Assembly (NCBI GenBank): GCA_004431415.1
Contig: QPMI01000479.1
Location: 1 to 64,000, forward strand
DNA: 64,000 nucleotides
Direction of reading: 5' to 3'
Origin: Cyanophora paradoxa CCMP329
Lineage: Eukaryota; Plantae; Glaucophyta
Part shown: positions 45,374 through 57,783 of the stretch, piece after piece
Position numbering within the stretch: position 1 is the first letter of the stretch
Layout: every line of letters starts with the position of its first letter
Position numbers and translations under genes: made by a program
Notes under the pieces: generated by a model
The model's database searches: none
What the model was told of the DNA's origin: nothing
Seen by the model: only the letters and a program-made list of their open reading frames with translations

Positions 45374-48144
45374 CCAGCTGTTCAGGGTTAGCGGTAGGCC
45401 GCGCGAACACAGTTGATGCGCAGCGTTTTTTGCTCCAGAACAATCTTTCTTATACAGTGCGCTGAATCTGGCCTTTCATTAAGGCTTTTCTTTATTCGGT
45501 TTGATCGCAGCGTCTGCTTAATGTGCCTTTTCTATTTTTTTCAATCATATATACTCTGTGTCTATCTTTACACTTCAACCTGCCGCGCGCGCCGGGCTGG
45601 GGTCGATCTAGATCTGCCCCGTGCATGTGCGTGCCACTACGACTGTTTCATTAGATCCCGGTTCCCCCCTTGCACCCCCGGCGCGAGAATCGCGGCCGGG
45701 CCCCTAGTATATATAGTGTGTGCGGCCGGTAATTCACCAAAACTGAAATAGTTTGCGGAAGGCGCATGTCCGGAATCCGGGGCTCAGCGGCTCTTGCCTC
45801 GCCAATTGGAACGCGACAGAGCTCGAGGGGGGCCCGGGCCCCGGAGGGTGAAGCTTAAGAAATCCGCGAACGTGACCAGCGAATTTAAGCTGATTCCAGC
45901 CGCGCTCAAGCTTATGATCATGATCACAATCGTACTTTATTTACATTTGCTAAGGGGCTTATGTTTCTGATATACAATACGAATATTCCATGGCCCATGG
46001 CGCGATTGTGAATAGCTCCGGATCCGGATCCATATATGCATGCGAAGTCATTGCACATAGTAGAGGTCCTTGATCATGGCCGCGGCGGACGCCACGCGCC
46101 GCGGCGCCGGGTCGCCCTCCTCCCAGCTTAGGACTTTCGTGAAGGGGTGCTGCGCGGCGCAACCGTCGTGATCAGCTGCAGCTGCAGCGCGGGTTGCTAA
46201 AATACAGGCTGCATCAAAACTCTGAAATTAAGATCGTCGGATACGTGTACTGCGCACGGAGGTATCTAAGGGTCGCTGGCGTGATCATGATCAGCGCGGG
46301 TGGAGATTCTAAGAGATCAAGAGCTAGATAATGAAATTTAAGTCTTGGCAATAGCTATAGCGAGCAAGAAACTCGGAGCGATTCGAAGAAAAGGCGGGCC
46401 GCATCCAAGACTTCAATCACCGCGGGGTCGCCGAGGGCGTCGCTGGCCTAGGGGCACCTAGGGGTAGCTGGCGTGAACATGATTAGCGCGCGCGGAAAAC
46501 GTAAAATCGAAGCATTTTAAGACTTCTTGACAATGGATATATATGGCGAGCAAGAAATTCGAAGCGACTCGAAAACAAGGGAGGCCGCGATCACGACCGG
46601 GGGCACCGCGGGGTCGCCGAGGGCATCGCTGGCCTGGCGGAGGACGTCCCCCATCGTCGTGCTCGGCTGCAGCACCTGCGGGCTCGAAACGTTAACTCAG
46701 CAAACATTTAAAGATCAAATTGAATGCGCTTGCGAGGTTCGAGTTCGATCGCGGGGCAATTTACAATTTCTAGATTTATACAACGTTATATAATTAGAGA
46801 ACCGTCATTGAAGACCATGATCACGAAGGCTCACCAGCTCGATCACGTCTTCTGGGGGTGGGGGCCCGCCGCTGGGCGGCGGGGGCCACTTGGCGAGCCC
46901 CACGAAGGTCAGCGTGATGTTAGTCTTGTTGTCGGTCACTGTGCTCGCCAGCTTGATTTTGTCCCCCACCGAAGGCCCAGCTGCAGTCGACGCCGGCGCC
47001 GGTGCGGCGCCGGCCGCTCGTGAGCTCGAGCTGACGCCCGCGCCCGCGGGCCCCGAGCCCGCGGCAACGGCTGCCGGAGACTTAGATGCAGCCGGCTCTG
47101 GCTCCGCCCGCGGCTCACATGTGCCCGCCCGCTTGGAATGGCGATCGGCAGGCGCAGACGCAGACGGGTCCTGCGTGGCCGGGGCGGGGCGCTTTTCGCC
47201 CGCGACCGTCGCCGCGCGCAGACGGCCCGATGATGACGAGGGGGCCTGCGGCTGGCCGCTGCGAGACGGCACCGTCGGCCCGGGGCCTGAGCTCGCGGGT
47301 TCCTGGATCGCAATAAAAACAGGGACGTCGCGATTAGAAAACCGGAAAACTGGAATTGCTCAGAAAGAAAGAACGAGGAGGGGCAGTGGCATGGGCGCAC
47401 TGCATGCCGCGGCCGGCTCCGGGCCCCATGCACGTTGAAGGTGGGGCTGGAGGGCTGCTGGCCATGGTCGATGTCGCGGCCGCGGCCCGAGCCCGAGGCC
47501 GGCGCCCCGGCGCTAGAGCCGGAGCCGGCGCCCATCGCCAGCGCCTCGCCTCCCGCGATCGCGACCGCAACCGCCGGCGCCGGCGCCGGCGCCTCCGAAT
47601 CCGGATCCGCGGGGGCCCGGCGCTCCCGGCCGTCGACGTCGACGTCGACGTCTTCACCGCCGCTGCGAACCTGCAGGACGAATTCGAATTCGAAAGTGCT
47701 TATGATTGCACTGTGAGAGGAGGAGCGATATCTGCAGCTCGAACCTCGTTCTCCGGCTCGACTCCGGAATTCGAACTGACCTTGTCGTGCCCCTGCGCGA
47801 AAAGTTATCAAACAATTCCGAATTCGAAGAGCGCAGCACTGGTACTTAAAGAGGCAAAAGCAAGGACGTTGGCCGATGAATTCGAATCGGACCTCGAGCT
47901 TGCCAGCGAACTGGTCGCGGAGGATCGGGAGGAGCTGCTCGTGCAGGGCGCCCCACGACTCGTTGAAGAGCGCCTCGTCCGCCTGGGTCCAGCCGCCCCC
48001 GGGCCCGCCCCCGCCGAGGCGGTCCCGTGGGATGCGGCCCGCGCAGCTCCCGCCCGCGAAGATCTTGGAGTACCACGGCTCCCGCATCAGCTCTGCGAGC
48101 GGCGCCGGCGCCATTGTAAAGTTAATATATATTGTGTAAAACAA

Positions 48145-48195
48145 GTGCCGTGGTGTATCAATGCGACGTCCACTTAAGCTTTTGCGGAAACAACA
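48145..48195 (+). mobile_element. Solo 3'-end fragment of the same retrotransposon family
   Basis: 48145-48175 is the exact reverse complement of 41135-41165 and is followed by an A-rich remnant. Confidence 0.7.
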
Positions 48196-51100
48196 ATGTT
48201 TTAATACCGTGCAAGCTTTTCGATCCGTGAGCGCTCACCGGCCAGCGCCCTCGCGTTCCCGAACTTGCTCTTGAATTGCCGCGACCCCCATTTGTTGCAG
48301 GCAGCCAAGAAATTCTCGTTTCCTACACCGGCGAGAAGGTAGCAGGCTTCGGCGTGCTCCGCCTCCTGAACACGGGACATGAGATGTGATAATTAGACCT
48401 GAAGCTTATAATTCTAAGCCCACCTCCTGCGACTCGAATTTTCCAATGTACTTCTCGAGTGGCTTCTTGGTCTCCGGATTCTTGCCATCGTTCGGGAAGC
48501 CGCGGACGAGCATTCTCTGTGCGCGCATACGTACATGAACGCGCAGCGCCAATATCAATATTAATAATATTTATATTCGCTGCCGAGTGGTCCCAGCCGC
48601 CCAGGATCACCTTCTGGACTCGGGCCTCCTTCTTGGGCGCCTTGTTCGAAGGGTCCCGAGCTCCCGCAGCTGCAGCAGCAGCTGTATGTGCAGTACCAGT
48701 GGAAGGCTTCGAATGCTTCCGAGCCCGAGGCCGCGCCCTCGCCCTCTTTCCCGTGGCCCCGCTTGGACCCTGCGAGAAGAGCTGATTACATAATTATAAA
48801 CTATAAAGAATATAATTAGCGCAATTGCGATCCTTGCTGAGCTTGGGATCGATATCCGTTAACGTTGTCGCGGCGCACCTTTTCCCAGTCGGAGTCGCCA
48901 TCGTCGACAGAGCTCTCCGCGCCACTTGCGCCGTCCGAGTCGTGCGCGATGTCGTCCGGCGCGACCGGTGCTGCGCGCGCGCCCGCTTGCGCATGCGGCT
49001 GCAGATTCTGTAATTAGAGCGCCATGAATGTAAAGCTGAAGGCTCGCGCTGCGCACTGCGTTGTCGGGACCGAGCTCGAGCTCGTTCTGCGGCCGCGCCA
49101 CGCGCGAGCCCGAGGAATCACCGCGTCATTGCCGGCGCCGCGCGCATGCGCATTAGGCCGCGAGCGCGTCCAACCTGATCATCCCCGTTGGAATGTAGGC
49201 TCCCCGCCATGCGCATCGACGCCATCGACGCCATATCGCGGCTTCCCGAATGTCTGCACTCGGGCGAAAATTAGAGCAATCGTGCGCGCGCGTTTGTTGG
49301 CCGGCGCCTGGCGCGCACGCGTTCGTGTCTTCCAGGCGCGGTTCTTCGCACTATCGGCGAGCGGAGGCGCACCGATTATTATCCCCCCTAGCAATGGCCA
49401 GAGCTCTCTAGAGCTTAATTTCGATCTTGCGGATCGAGCTCAAGAGGCCTAATTACAGTTTGGAGCGCTCGCGCGCGAGCTCGAGGTCTATAATTAACAC
49501 GTTAAGCTAGGACCGCGTACCGCGAAAACTCGAGTCCGTCTAGAGGGGATGTTATAGAGAGCTCGAGGAAACAGCGATGAACGAGGGGCGATAATTATAA
49601 TTATAAAACGGGGTCGCGCCTCGCGATCGCTCACTCGTCACCGCGCGCCGGCGCCGCACCGCGGCGGCTCCTCGACGTCAAGTCAACCACGCTTACGGTA
49701 TGAAGATCGACATCTAGAGCGTTCTCAGACATGTGCATAATAGAAGGGCGCCGCGCGGTCCGCCGCCTCGCGCCCCCGTCGGACGTCGCGCCGGCGCCTC
49801 TATAAGACCGCGCACACGCGCGCGCGCGCGCGCGCGCGCATCCAGGGCCAATTTAGGCCAGCGCTAAATTTTAGACGCGCGCCCGAGGAGAGAGAGCGCT
49901 TCGCAACCGTTGAACAGCCCCCGGAGTCGTGTGTTCCGCGATCGCGAGCGGGCGCGCGGCGTGACCGCGGATCCTCAGAGCCTGCGCGATCCTGTCCGCG
50001 AAAGAGGGTTGATTGTGCGCTGTCTTCTCGCGCAGGAAAATGGCGTCGTCCGCGGACAAGAAGCTCAAGCTTAAGGGTCCTCGGGTCGACCAGGTTCGAC
50101 CCGCCCGCTCGAGCTCTTCCGCGCGCGCATGCATATGCAGCGACGTCGACGTCCACGTCGACGCGCGCGCGCGCGCGTCCACGGAGCTCGAGCGCTTAAT
50201 CCGTGGCGCCGGCTCGCGCGGCCGCAGAACGATCCCGATCGCGATCGCGACGGCCCCGCTCGCGATCGCACTCCCGCGGCTGCCCTCGGTCCCGGTCGCG
50301 GCCGCGGGACTCCGGTGCGTCGCGCAAGCCTCTTGCAGCTCTAACGATGTGATCGCGGCGCAAAACTCGCGGTCGCGACGCAGGTTCTGCAGCCGCAAGG
50401 GGCCGCAAGCTCCGGGCACGCGAACGTCATCGCGCAAGATTCGGATGACGGCGACGGTGGCGCAGAGCCCGAAAGCTCGGACGGCGACGGCGACTCTGAC
50501 TGGGGAAAGGTCCCTCTTCAATTTAATTTCTCGTGTGCATTTTCAACTGCAAGACGTCGACCGGGTCCATCCCGCAGGGTCCGAGCGCGGCCACGGGGAA
50601 GCGGGCCGGCGCCCCTTCTCAGAAGCCGTCGAGCGCGAGTTTCTCAGCTGCAGGTGACACGCGCACGAAACAGGCGCGAGTCGATACGGTAAGCTCACGC
50701 GAAGCTTAAGCTTTAAGCTCAAGTTGAACGTTAACTAGCGCCTTATATGAATTATAATGTATACGTTTACGTACATCTAGATCTGCAAGTGCTTCAAGCG
50801 TCGACGTCTAGACGGATATAGATTGCCAGCATTAATGCCAGATCTCATGCGTCCGCCGACGCCGTGAAGAATTTAGGTAGCCATCATAGGTAGCCATCAT
50901 GCCCCACGGCCGCGTCCCGACGTTGCCAGACGGCGCAAAACTGCTCGACACCAAGTGCATTGAAAAGGTTAAGACAACGGAGGTTCGATTCCATTTGCCT
51001 AAAGCCTAACTACGAATATCATGGCATGTGTTGCGTGCAGTGTGAGGACCCGGGATGATTCGGGGAATCACTAGCCTCTCGCGAGATGGCCTATTGGTAG

Positions 51101-51740
51101 AACTGCCGCCTTGACACCCCTTAGTCGTTGTTTCCCGGCCGCGCGGATTGATTCCGAAGTTATATATAGTTAGATTTTAACTTAGCCGCCCACGCGGATC
51201 AACCCGGCTGCCGTTCGCCGCGCACGCCTCTGAATTTGGTTTTTGCAGCCCACGCTGCAGCTGCAGCTGATCACGCCGGTTCCTCCGCGCAGAGCCCGTT
51301 CAAAAAGGTGCTGAGCTGGGAGGAGGGCGACCCGGCGCCGCTGCGCGTGGCGTCCACCGCCGACATGATCAAGGAGCTCTACTACGTCGACGTCGACGCC
51401 CAGTGACTGCGCCCGCAGCCGCATGTTCGCGGCATCTCACTAGGCTAGACCGGTACCGTCGACGTCGACTGCAAAATAAGGGCCGCCTGCGAAAATAAAA
51501 TTGAGGCTCTGTGAGAATTGTATTCGTAGCTGTAGGTTGTGCATGGAACTAGCTACAGCCTGGCAGATCTCCTGCATTAGTTCTTCCTGAAGATCCTTTG
51601 TATTCCTGCAATAAAAAAAATGCAGTATACAGTTGCTTGCTCCCTTGCTTTAATCCAGATATCTATCGATCAATATCGGCATCTATCCAGAATCCAAAAA
51701 GAAGCATCAACATAAATAAAGATGCAAATAAGAGCGAGCG

Positions 51741-54540
51741 TCAGGAGGGGTAAGAGGCGGAAAGGCGCCAGAGGGGCGACGCCGCGGGCCGCGGGGGCCA
51801 GCACCACGGGTACGGAGCCGGGCCCGTACGGGTGCCAGGGGTACGGGTGCAGCCGCTGAGGCAGGGGTACCGCGTACGTATACGGCGGGGGTAGGCGGAA
51901 GGGCGGCTGGAGGACGTCCAGGGTCCGGGGGGGAGGGGGGGGCGGGGGGCGGGGGCGGGAGGGTTAGGGCCGCGGGCGGGAAGGGTTGGGCCGCGGGGGG
52001 CAAGGGCGGCCCCCGCCCCGCCCCCTCCTCCGTGTCCGGCCCCCCGAACCCCGGGGGTACCCCCTCCGCCTCCGCCTCCGACCGCGGGGGTACCGGAGCC
52101 TCTTCCTCCTCCTCCAGGGGTACAGCGGCCTCCGGGGGGACCGCCTCCGCCTCCTCGGGGGCGAAGCGGGGGGGCGAGGCGGGCGCGCTGGGGCCAGCCA
52201 GGCCGCGACCGGCCGCCTCCCAAGAGGACCGCTTCGGCCGCGGGCTCCAAAGGCGGCTCCAGCGGCGGTGCCGCGCCCTCGTCCCGCCATAGCTCGGCGC
52301 CAGGCGCCCCCCGGCCTGCCGGCCGTCGTGAGCTGAACCTTTGCAGGGCGGGGCGGGGGCAGGGGCGGGGGTGGGGTACGAGGGGAAGCACCCGTGGGGG
52401 CCTCGCCGCTGCTGGGTTCGCTCTTGCGCCGCCACTCCGTTCTGGGTTCGCGGTTCGGTGGGTAAGGTAGGCAACAAGTTTGAGGGGGTGCGCGGGGAGA
52501 AATGAGGGGGTACCGCGGGGCGCCCCGCCGGGCTCGGGGGCGGGCCTGAGTGCAGGGGGGTACGAGGTGTCGCGCCCAAGCCCCGGAGGGGGCGGGGGGC
52601 GAGGCGGGAGCCGGGGCGGCAAGCGCGGCGGGGGGCAAGGGCGTCGGGGAGGGCTCGAGGGGTACGCCCCCCTCGGAAAGGCCGGTCCGGGAGGCGCGCG
52701 TGCGGGCCGGCGCGGGCCGCGGGGCGTGGGGAGGGTACGCCATTCTCTTCGGTACGAGTGTTCGCTGTTCGGGGGGTAAGGTAGGGAACGAGGGGGTGTA
52801 AGGGGAGAAAAGGGGGGTACCGCGGGCGCCCCGCCGGACTCGGGGCGGGCCTGAGGGGGCGGCTGGCTTTGGGGAGGGCTCGAGGGGTACGCCCCGCTCG
52901 GAGAGGCCCGTGCGGGTACGCCATCTCTTCGGCCCCCGCGGCGGCTGCGGTACGCCGCGTCCACCGCCCCGCACCCGCGCCGCGCCGGCGGTCCCGCGGC
53001 TAAGGCCACGCCGGGGCCCCGGCCGCCGGCCCCGGCCCCGCCCCCGCTCCTGCGGCGGGCGCCGCGGCTCCTGCGGCAAACGCCCCTCCCCGCTCCGCTT
53101 TCTCTGCGGCTCGGGAGGCATGGGCTCGTCGTGACGCGATGACGCATCGCGGCCTCGCAGCAGCCGAGGTACGCCTGTACCCCGCGACGAGAGAGGAGGC
53201 TCGGTGAGGGCAGGGAGAAGGGAAGAGGAAGAGAGGGGAGGGCGCACAGGGCGTCCCAGTCGATCGCGCCGGCGTCGGCCGCGGGCGGGACGGGGCGCCG
53301 CGCCCGCACGAAGCCGGCGGATCCGGCCCCGTGGGACCTGACGGGCAGGCGGACAGACTCAGCGGGGTACGGTGAAGGCGGAGGGGGGGTACGGACTCGA
53401 AGGCCGGCTCATCTTCCAGCGACTGCGCACGCCCTGCGGCGAGGCACGGGGCGCAGGCGTTGCAGCGCTCCGCCCCGGGGAACGCATCGTGCTGCGCGAA
53501 GCGTCGGGGCGGCTGCGCGGGCCAGGGGACCAGGGGTACGCGGGGCGGGCCTGGGGGTCCTCGATGAGCAGCGGCGCGGCTGCGGCGGCCGTCAGAGCGA
53601 ATCGGGCGGACCGGCGGCGGGCGGACCGGCGGGGCCCAGGGCGAAGTGCTCGTGGAGCTCGGCCGCGAAGGCGCGGCCTGTGACGACGCGCCCGTCGTCC
53701 GCCACCTCTGCGGCCGCCCTCGCCCGGTCCGACGGTCGGCCCGGGCCCGCCGCGGGGCGCGCGGGGGGTCGCAGAACACCGTGCAGCGGACGACGACGGG
53801 TTGGCGGGCGAGGGCGGCGCCGGCACGAGCTCCTCGAGGGCGCCCGAGCAGAAGACGAGGCCCTCGTCGGGCGGCAGCGCCACGCGCGCCGGCGCGAGCG
53901 TCGCGGGGCGTCCCGCGGCCACCAGCGGCCGCACCTCCTCCTCCGAGAGCTGCCAGAGCACCAGCGGCGACCCTGCACGCGCGCGCGGCAGTTGGGCGGA
54001 GCAGGCGGCGGATGTCGGGCGGCGGGCGGCGGGCGGCGGACCGTACGGGGCGGCGGGTGAGGAGGCCCGCCAGTGCTCGCAGACGCGCCCGCCCGGCAGG
54101 TCGAGGACGACGCGGAGCGACGCGACGCGCACCTGGCGCGCGGCGCCCCCGCGAGGGGCGAGCGGCGGGGCGCGGCGCGCGGCGGATCCGGAGGGGAAGA
54201 CGAAGAGCGCGTCGTCGCCCGCCGCGCGGTCAGCGCCCGTCTGCAGGCGGACACAGGGCCGCGGGCGGCGCTCTCGGGCTCGCGCCGGCGCGCCGCGGCG
54301 GGCGCGGAGGCGCGCGGGGGCGGGAGGTCGCGGCCGCGCTGCAGCGAGACGCGCAGGGGGAAGATCCGCTCCGTGGGCGGCGCTTCCGGCCCCCACGCGT
54401 CGCTCTCGTCGATCAAGAACTTGTCTGTCCGCGCCAGGATCGCTCTCGTGGATCAGGATCGAAGTGCGGGACAAGGGCCGGTCAAATGCGCGTAGGCGCC
54501 CGCAAACGAGAAGGCGGAGCGCGTCCTGCGCATTTCCCCC
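51741..54540 (-). CDS. Probable multi-exon Pro/Ala-rich host gene of unknown function (boundaries approximate)
   Basis: Minus-strand coding-like exons (e.g. VRVASLRVVLDLPGGRVCEHW, LVLWQLSEEEVRPLVAAG) with splice signals. Confidence 0.35.
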
Positions 54541-54636
54541 TCTGCCGATGGGGGTGATACGTACCCCCCATCTTTCCCAGCTGCCCAGCGGACCCAGCTG
54601 CCCAGCAGCGACCGAAGCGAGCGAGAGCGCTCGGGT

Positions 54637-54701
54637 AGCAAACGGAGCAAACGGAGCAAAGGGAGCAACGGAGCAAACGGAGCAACGGAGCAAACGGAGC
54701 A
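54637..54701. repeat. GCAAACGGA minisatellite (~7 imperfect units)
   Basis: Tandem 8-9 bp units directly upstream of the F-box ATG at 54714. Confidence 0.85.
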
Positions 54702-54713
54702 GCCCGCAGCCGC

Positions 54714-57424
54714 ATGGCTCCGGGCGGAAAGAAGCTCGGCAGGGCCACCAGCGGAGGCGAGACACAAGCGGAGAAGGCTGCTGACACAGCAGGTGGGTCA
54801 GAACAAGCCAAGCAGGCAGCGCCCGAGCGAAAGAGCGCCAAGGAGAACGCTCCAGCGGCTTCAAGCAACTGCAGAGCCGTCCCGTCAGCAGAGCCGCCAA
54901 GTAAAGCAGCGACAAGCGCTTCGAGCAACACGCACGACCGAAAGCGCCAGCGGGCAGCACGATCAAATTCTCGCAACACGCCAGCTGCAGTGCGGGCCGC
55001 GTCGGACTTTTCCACCTTGGAGCGTCTGCCGGACGAGTTGCTGAAGCGCATCATCAGCTTTCTCGGAATCCGCGAGGTGTGGGGTGCGTGCCGCCTGTCG
55101 CTCGTGAGCCGGCGGGTGCGCGAGGTGGTGGCTTCGATGGAGTTCGACGCTCTTGTCCTTCGGGGGCAGCGGATCGGGCTGTCGCGGTACCGCGACCTGC
55201 GCGAATCAGAGCTCCGGTCATGGGCGCTGCGCGTACGATCGGGCGCCCTGCGGCTCGCGGGCGGCGCGCTGGAGATCGATTTGTGGCGCCCGTCACAGTC
55301 TGTCACCGGGTGCGGGGAATTCTTTCCGTTCATTAGAAAAGCGCACACCATTCAAGAGAGCGTTCGTGCAGACCCATTTCCGACGGCGTCCGCTACTCGT
55401 TCTGGCCCTCAAAGCCCTTCCCGAGTCCGGCCAAGGCCTTCCTCTCGTTCGCCTCGTCCATCCAGGGGCTCCGCCGCTTCGTCGCCTGGCACGGGTGCGG
55501 GCACGGCGCCAACGCATGCCTGCAGCATTGACCGGCACTTCGCAGAGATATCGGGCCCCCAGGGGGTAGCTCTTCGCGGCACGAGTACGCCGGAGAACTG
55601 CTGGAGGCCCTGGCGCCAGTGGCGGGCACCCTCGAGGAGCTAAGCATCCGCATCCAATATTCAATCATTGATGAACGTCGCCGCCTACCCCGTGCGCCCC
55701 TTTGTCAACGGCATCTTATCCCATCCCCTATCATCCTCCCCCCCCCCCCCCCCCCCCCCCCCCCCTCGGCCTCCTACCCGCATCCGGATCCGACTCCTCG
55801 GCAGAAATGTCCGACCGCAGCGCGATCGTGGCGGGGCTGCGGCGGCTGACGGCCCTCCGGAGCCTCGACCTCGCCGACTGCATCGGCTTCTCCGCCGAGC
55901 TCCTGGACGAGGTCCGCCGTTACGTTCGGATTCCGGCGCCGCCTTTCTCTGACCGGCGGGGGGTGCAGGTCGCGCCGGCGCTGGCGCGGCTGCGGTCCTT
56001 TCGGCTTGCCGGTTCTGCGGAATTTCGGAATACCGTCGTTATCTTCTACGATCGCGAGATCGAGTATGTGTACACGCCCCCGCAGGCACTCGCCGCCGCC
56101 GTCGAGCGCCTGTGCCCTCTTCTCGAGGTTCGCGCGCAGCGTCTCCTCCCCCCGGCGCCCCCCGCTCAACTGTACCCCTCACGGCCTCCCAGGAGCTCCG
56201 GATAGCGTTCGGCAACGCCTATCTCGACTCCGACGCGCTCGAGCCGCTCTGCCGCTTGCCGAACCTGCGCACCGTCGCCATCAGCGGGCGGCTCCACGCC
56301 CTTCCCAAGGCCCGTCCCGTGTACCCCCTTTCGATAACGGTCCCCCTACACCCTCACGACCCTTCTCAGTTCGCCTCTTCGAAGCTAGAGGAGCTCGAGA
56401 TCGACACGGGCACGGTTGGGCAGTATTTCGAGGGGCCAGCAATCGGACAAGACATCGAACAGATCGCGCGCCCCAGCCCCACTTTTGCCGTGTTCGAATT
56501 CCCTTCGCCTCGCTCACCGACCCGCCGGCGCCGTGCAGGGAAGCCTGCGGGCGCTCTCTCTGTATGGAAGCTGGCGAAGAGCTCCAGACTGGTCGAGCCT
56601 TTTCGACACCACCGCAGTGCTTTCCTTGCCCTTCTGCTCGCCCTGTACCCCCCTGAGTGCTCCTCCGCAGCTGCGATCCTTGACCATCGGCCCGTGCGCT
56701 CCCCAGCATTCTGCCCCCCTACCTCCCCTTACCCCCCCCCCCTCCCCCCCCCCCCCTCTTCTTCGCCTCCTCCGAACTGTGCCCCCTTTTGCAGACCCGC
56801 CTCCAAGCTGCCTCGCGAGATCTTCGAGCCGGCCCCCGATTGCTTTGCCCTCGTACCCCACCTGGCCGCCCTCGAACGGCTCTCGGTCCACTTCTCGACG
56901 CACCCGCCCCCGGCCCTCGCCCACTCCCTCGCCACCCTCGCCTCGGCGCTCCCCTTCGCGCCCTCGCTCCGCTCCCTCCTCGTCCACGTCTCGTTCACGT
57001 ACTACGCCAGCTCCGCGCCCCGCCTCGACCCGGCCCTTGGGGCTTCGGCCGCCGCCCTCCTCCGCGCCGCGAAGGTCTCCTGCTCCTGTACCCCCTCCGC
57101 CCGCCGCGCCTCCCCTCTCGGCTAACCGTTGTACCCCAGGACACCCTCGAGGAGTACGATCGGGACATGGTGTACCCCTCCGTGCAGGAGAGCGAGGCGC
57201 TGGCGGCGTGCACGCGCCTGCGCCGTGCCTCACTGACCCTCGCGGAGCCGGCGTGGACTGTCGCCGAGAGCGCCGCGGGGCTCGCGGCGCTGGCACCGCT
57301 GGCGTCCATGGCGGCGCGCCCCGCCCCGGCCCAGGAGGACCTCGTGCTCCTTCGCGACGGAGGCGACTTCTCGAACTGGGGCCCCGTTCGCGCCCGCCTC
57401 GGCGGTCGCTGGCGCCTCGAGTAG
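54714..57424 (+). CDS. F-box protein with LRR-like repeats (multi-exon)
   Basis: LERLPDELLKRIISFL...LSLVSRRVREV; later LTALRSLDLADC, LPNLRTVAI and LAALERLSV. Confidence 0.75.
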
Positions 57425-57783
57425 GGGCTCGAAATCGCCCTCCGCCCCGCTGCGGGCCTAGCGCGGCGCTCGGCCCGCTCTCCCGATCCCGATCCTCTCC
57501 CCCGACCCTCGGCTCTGTAACCGCGACCCTATCCTGCGTCCCTGAACACCGAAAGACCCTTAAAAGCCCTCCAGCGCCTTCTGATCATGAGCTTTCGACT
57601 AGTGGTTCAGTGTCCGAACTATAATGAAGAAAAATGGAGCGACTAAGACAGAGTCGACGTCCGAAGGAAGAAGACCCCGGGAACTATCATGACCATGAAG
57701 CGACCGTCGGACTGAGACAGAGTCCGGAGGCCCGCTTCGGGCGTTGGGGCGGCCGGGCGGCCGGGCCGGGGCCGGGGGCCGGG

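Noticed and set aside
41135-48175. 31-bp perfect inverted repeat 7 kb apart, read as TIRs of a DNA transposon
   Set aside because: The left copy sits next to the poly-T and TSD of the retrotransposon, so it is that element's 3' end. The right copy is best explained as a solo truncated insertion. No transposase or shared TSD was seen.
45900-51450. Multiple overlapping ORFs (e.g. 46936-48144, 50013-50657)
   Set aside because: They may be degraded gene or transposon remnants, but I could not recognise any domain or a consistent exon chain.
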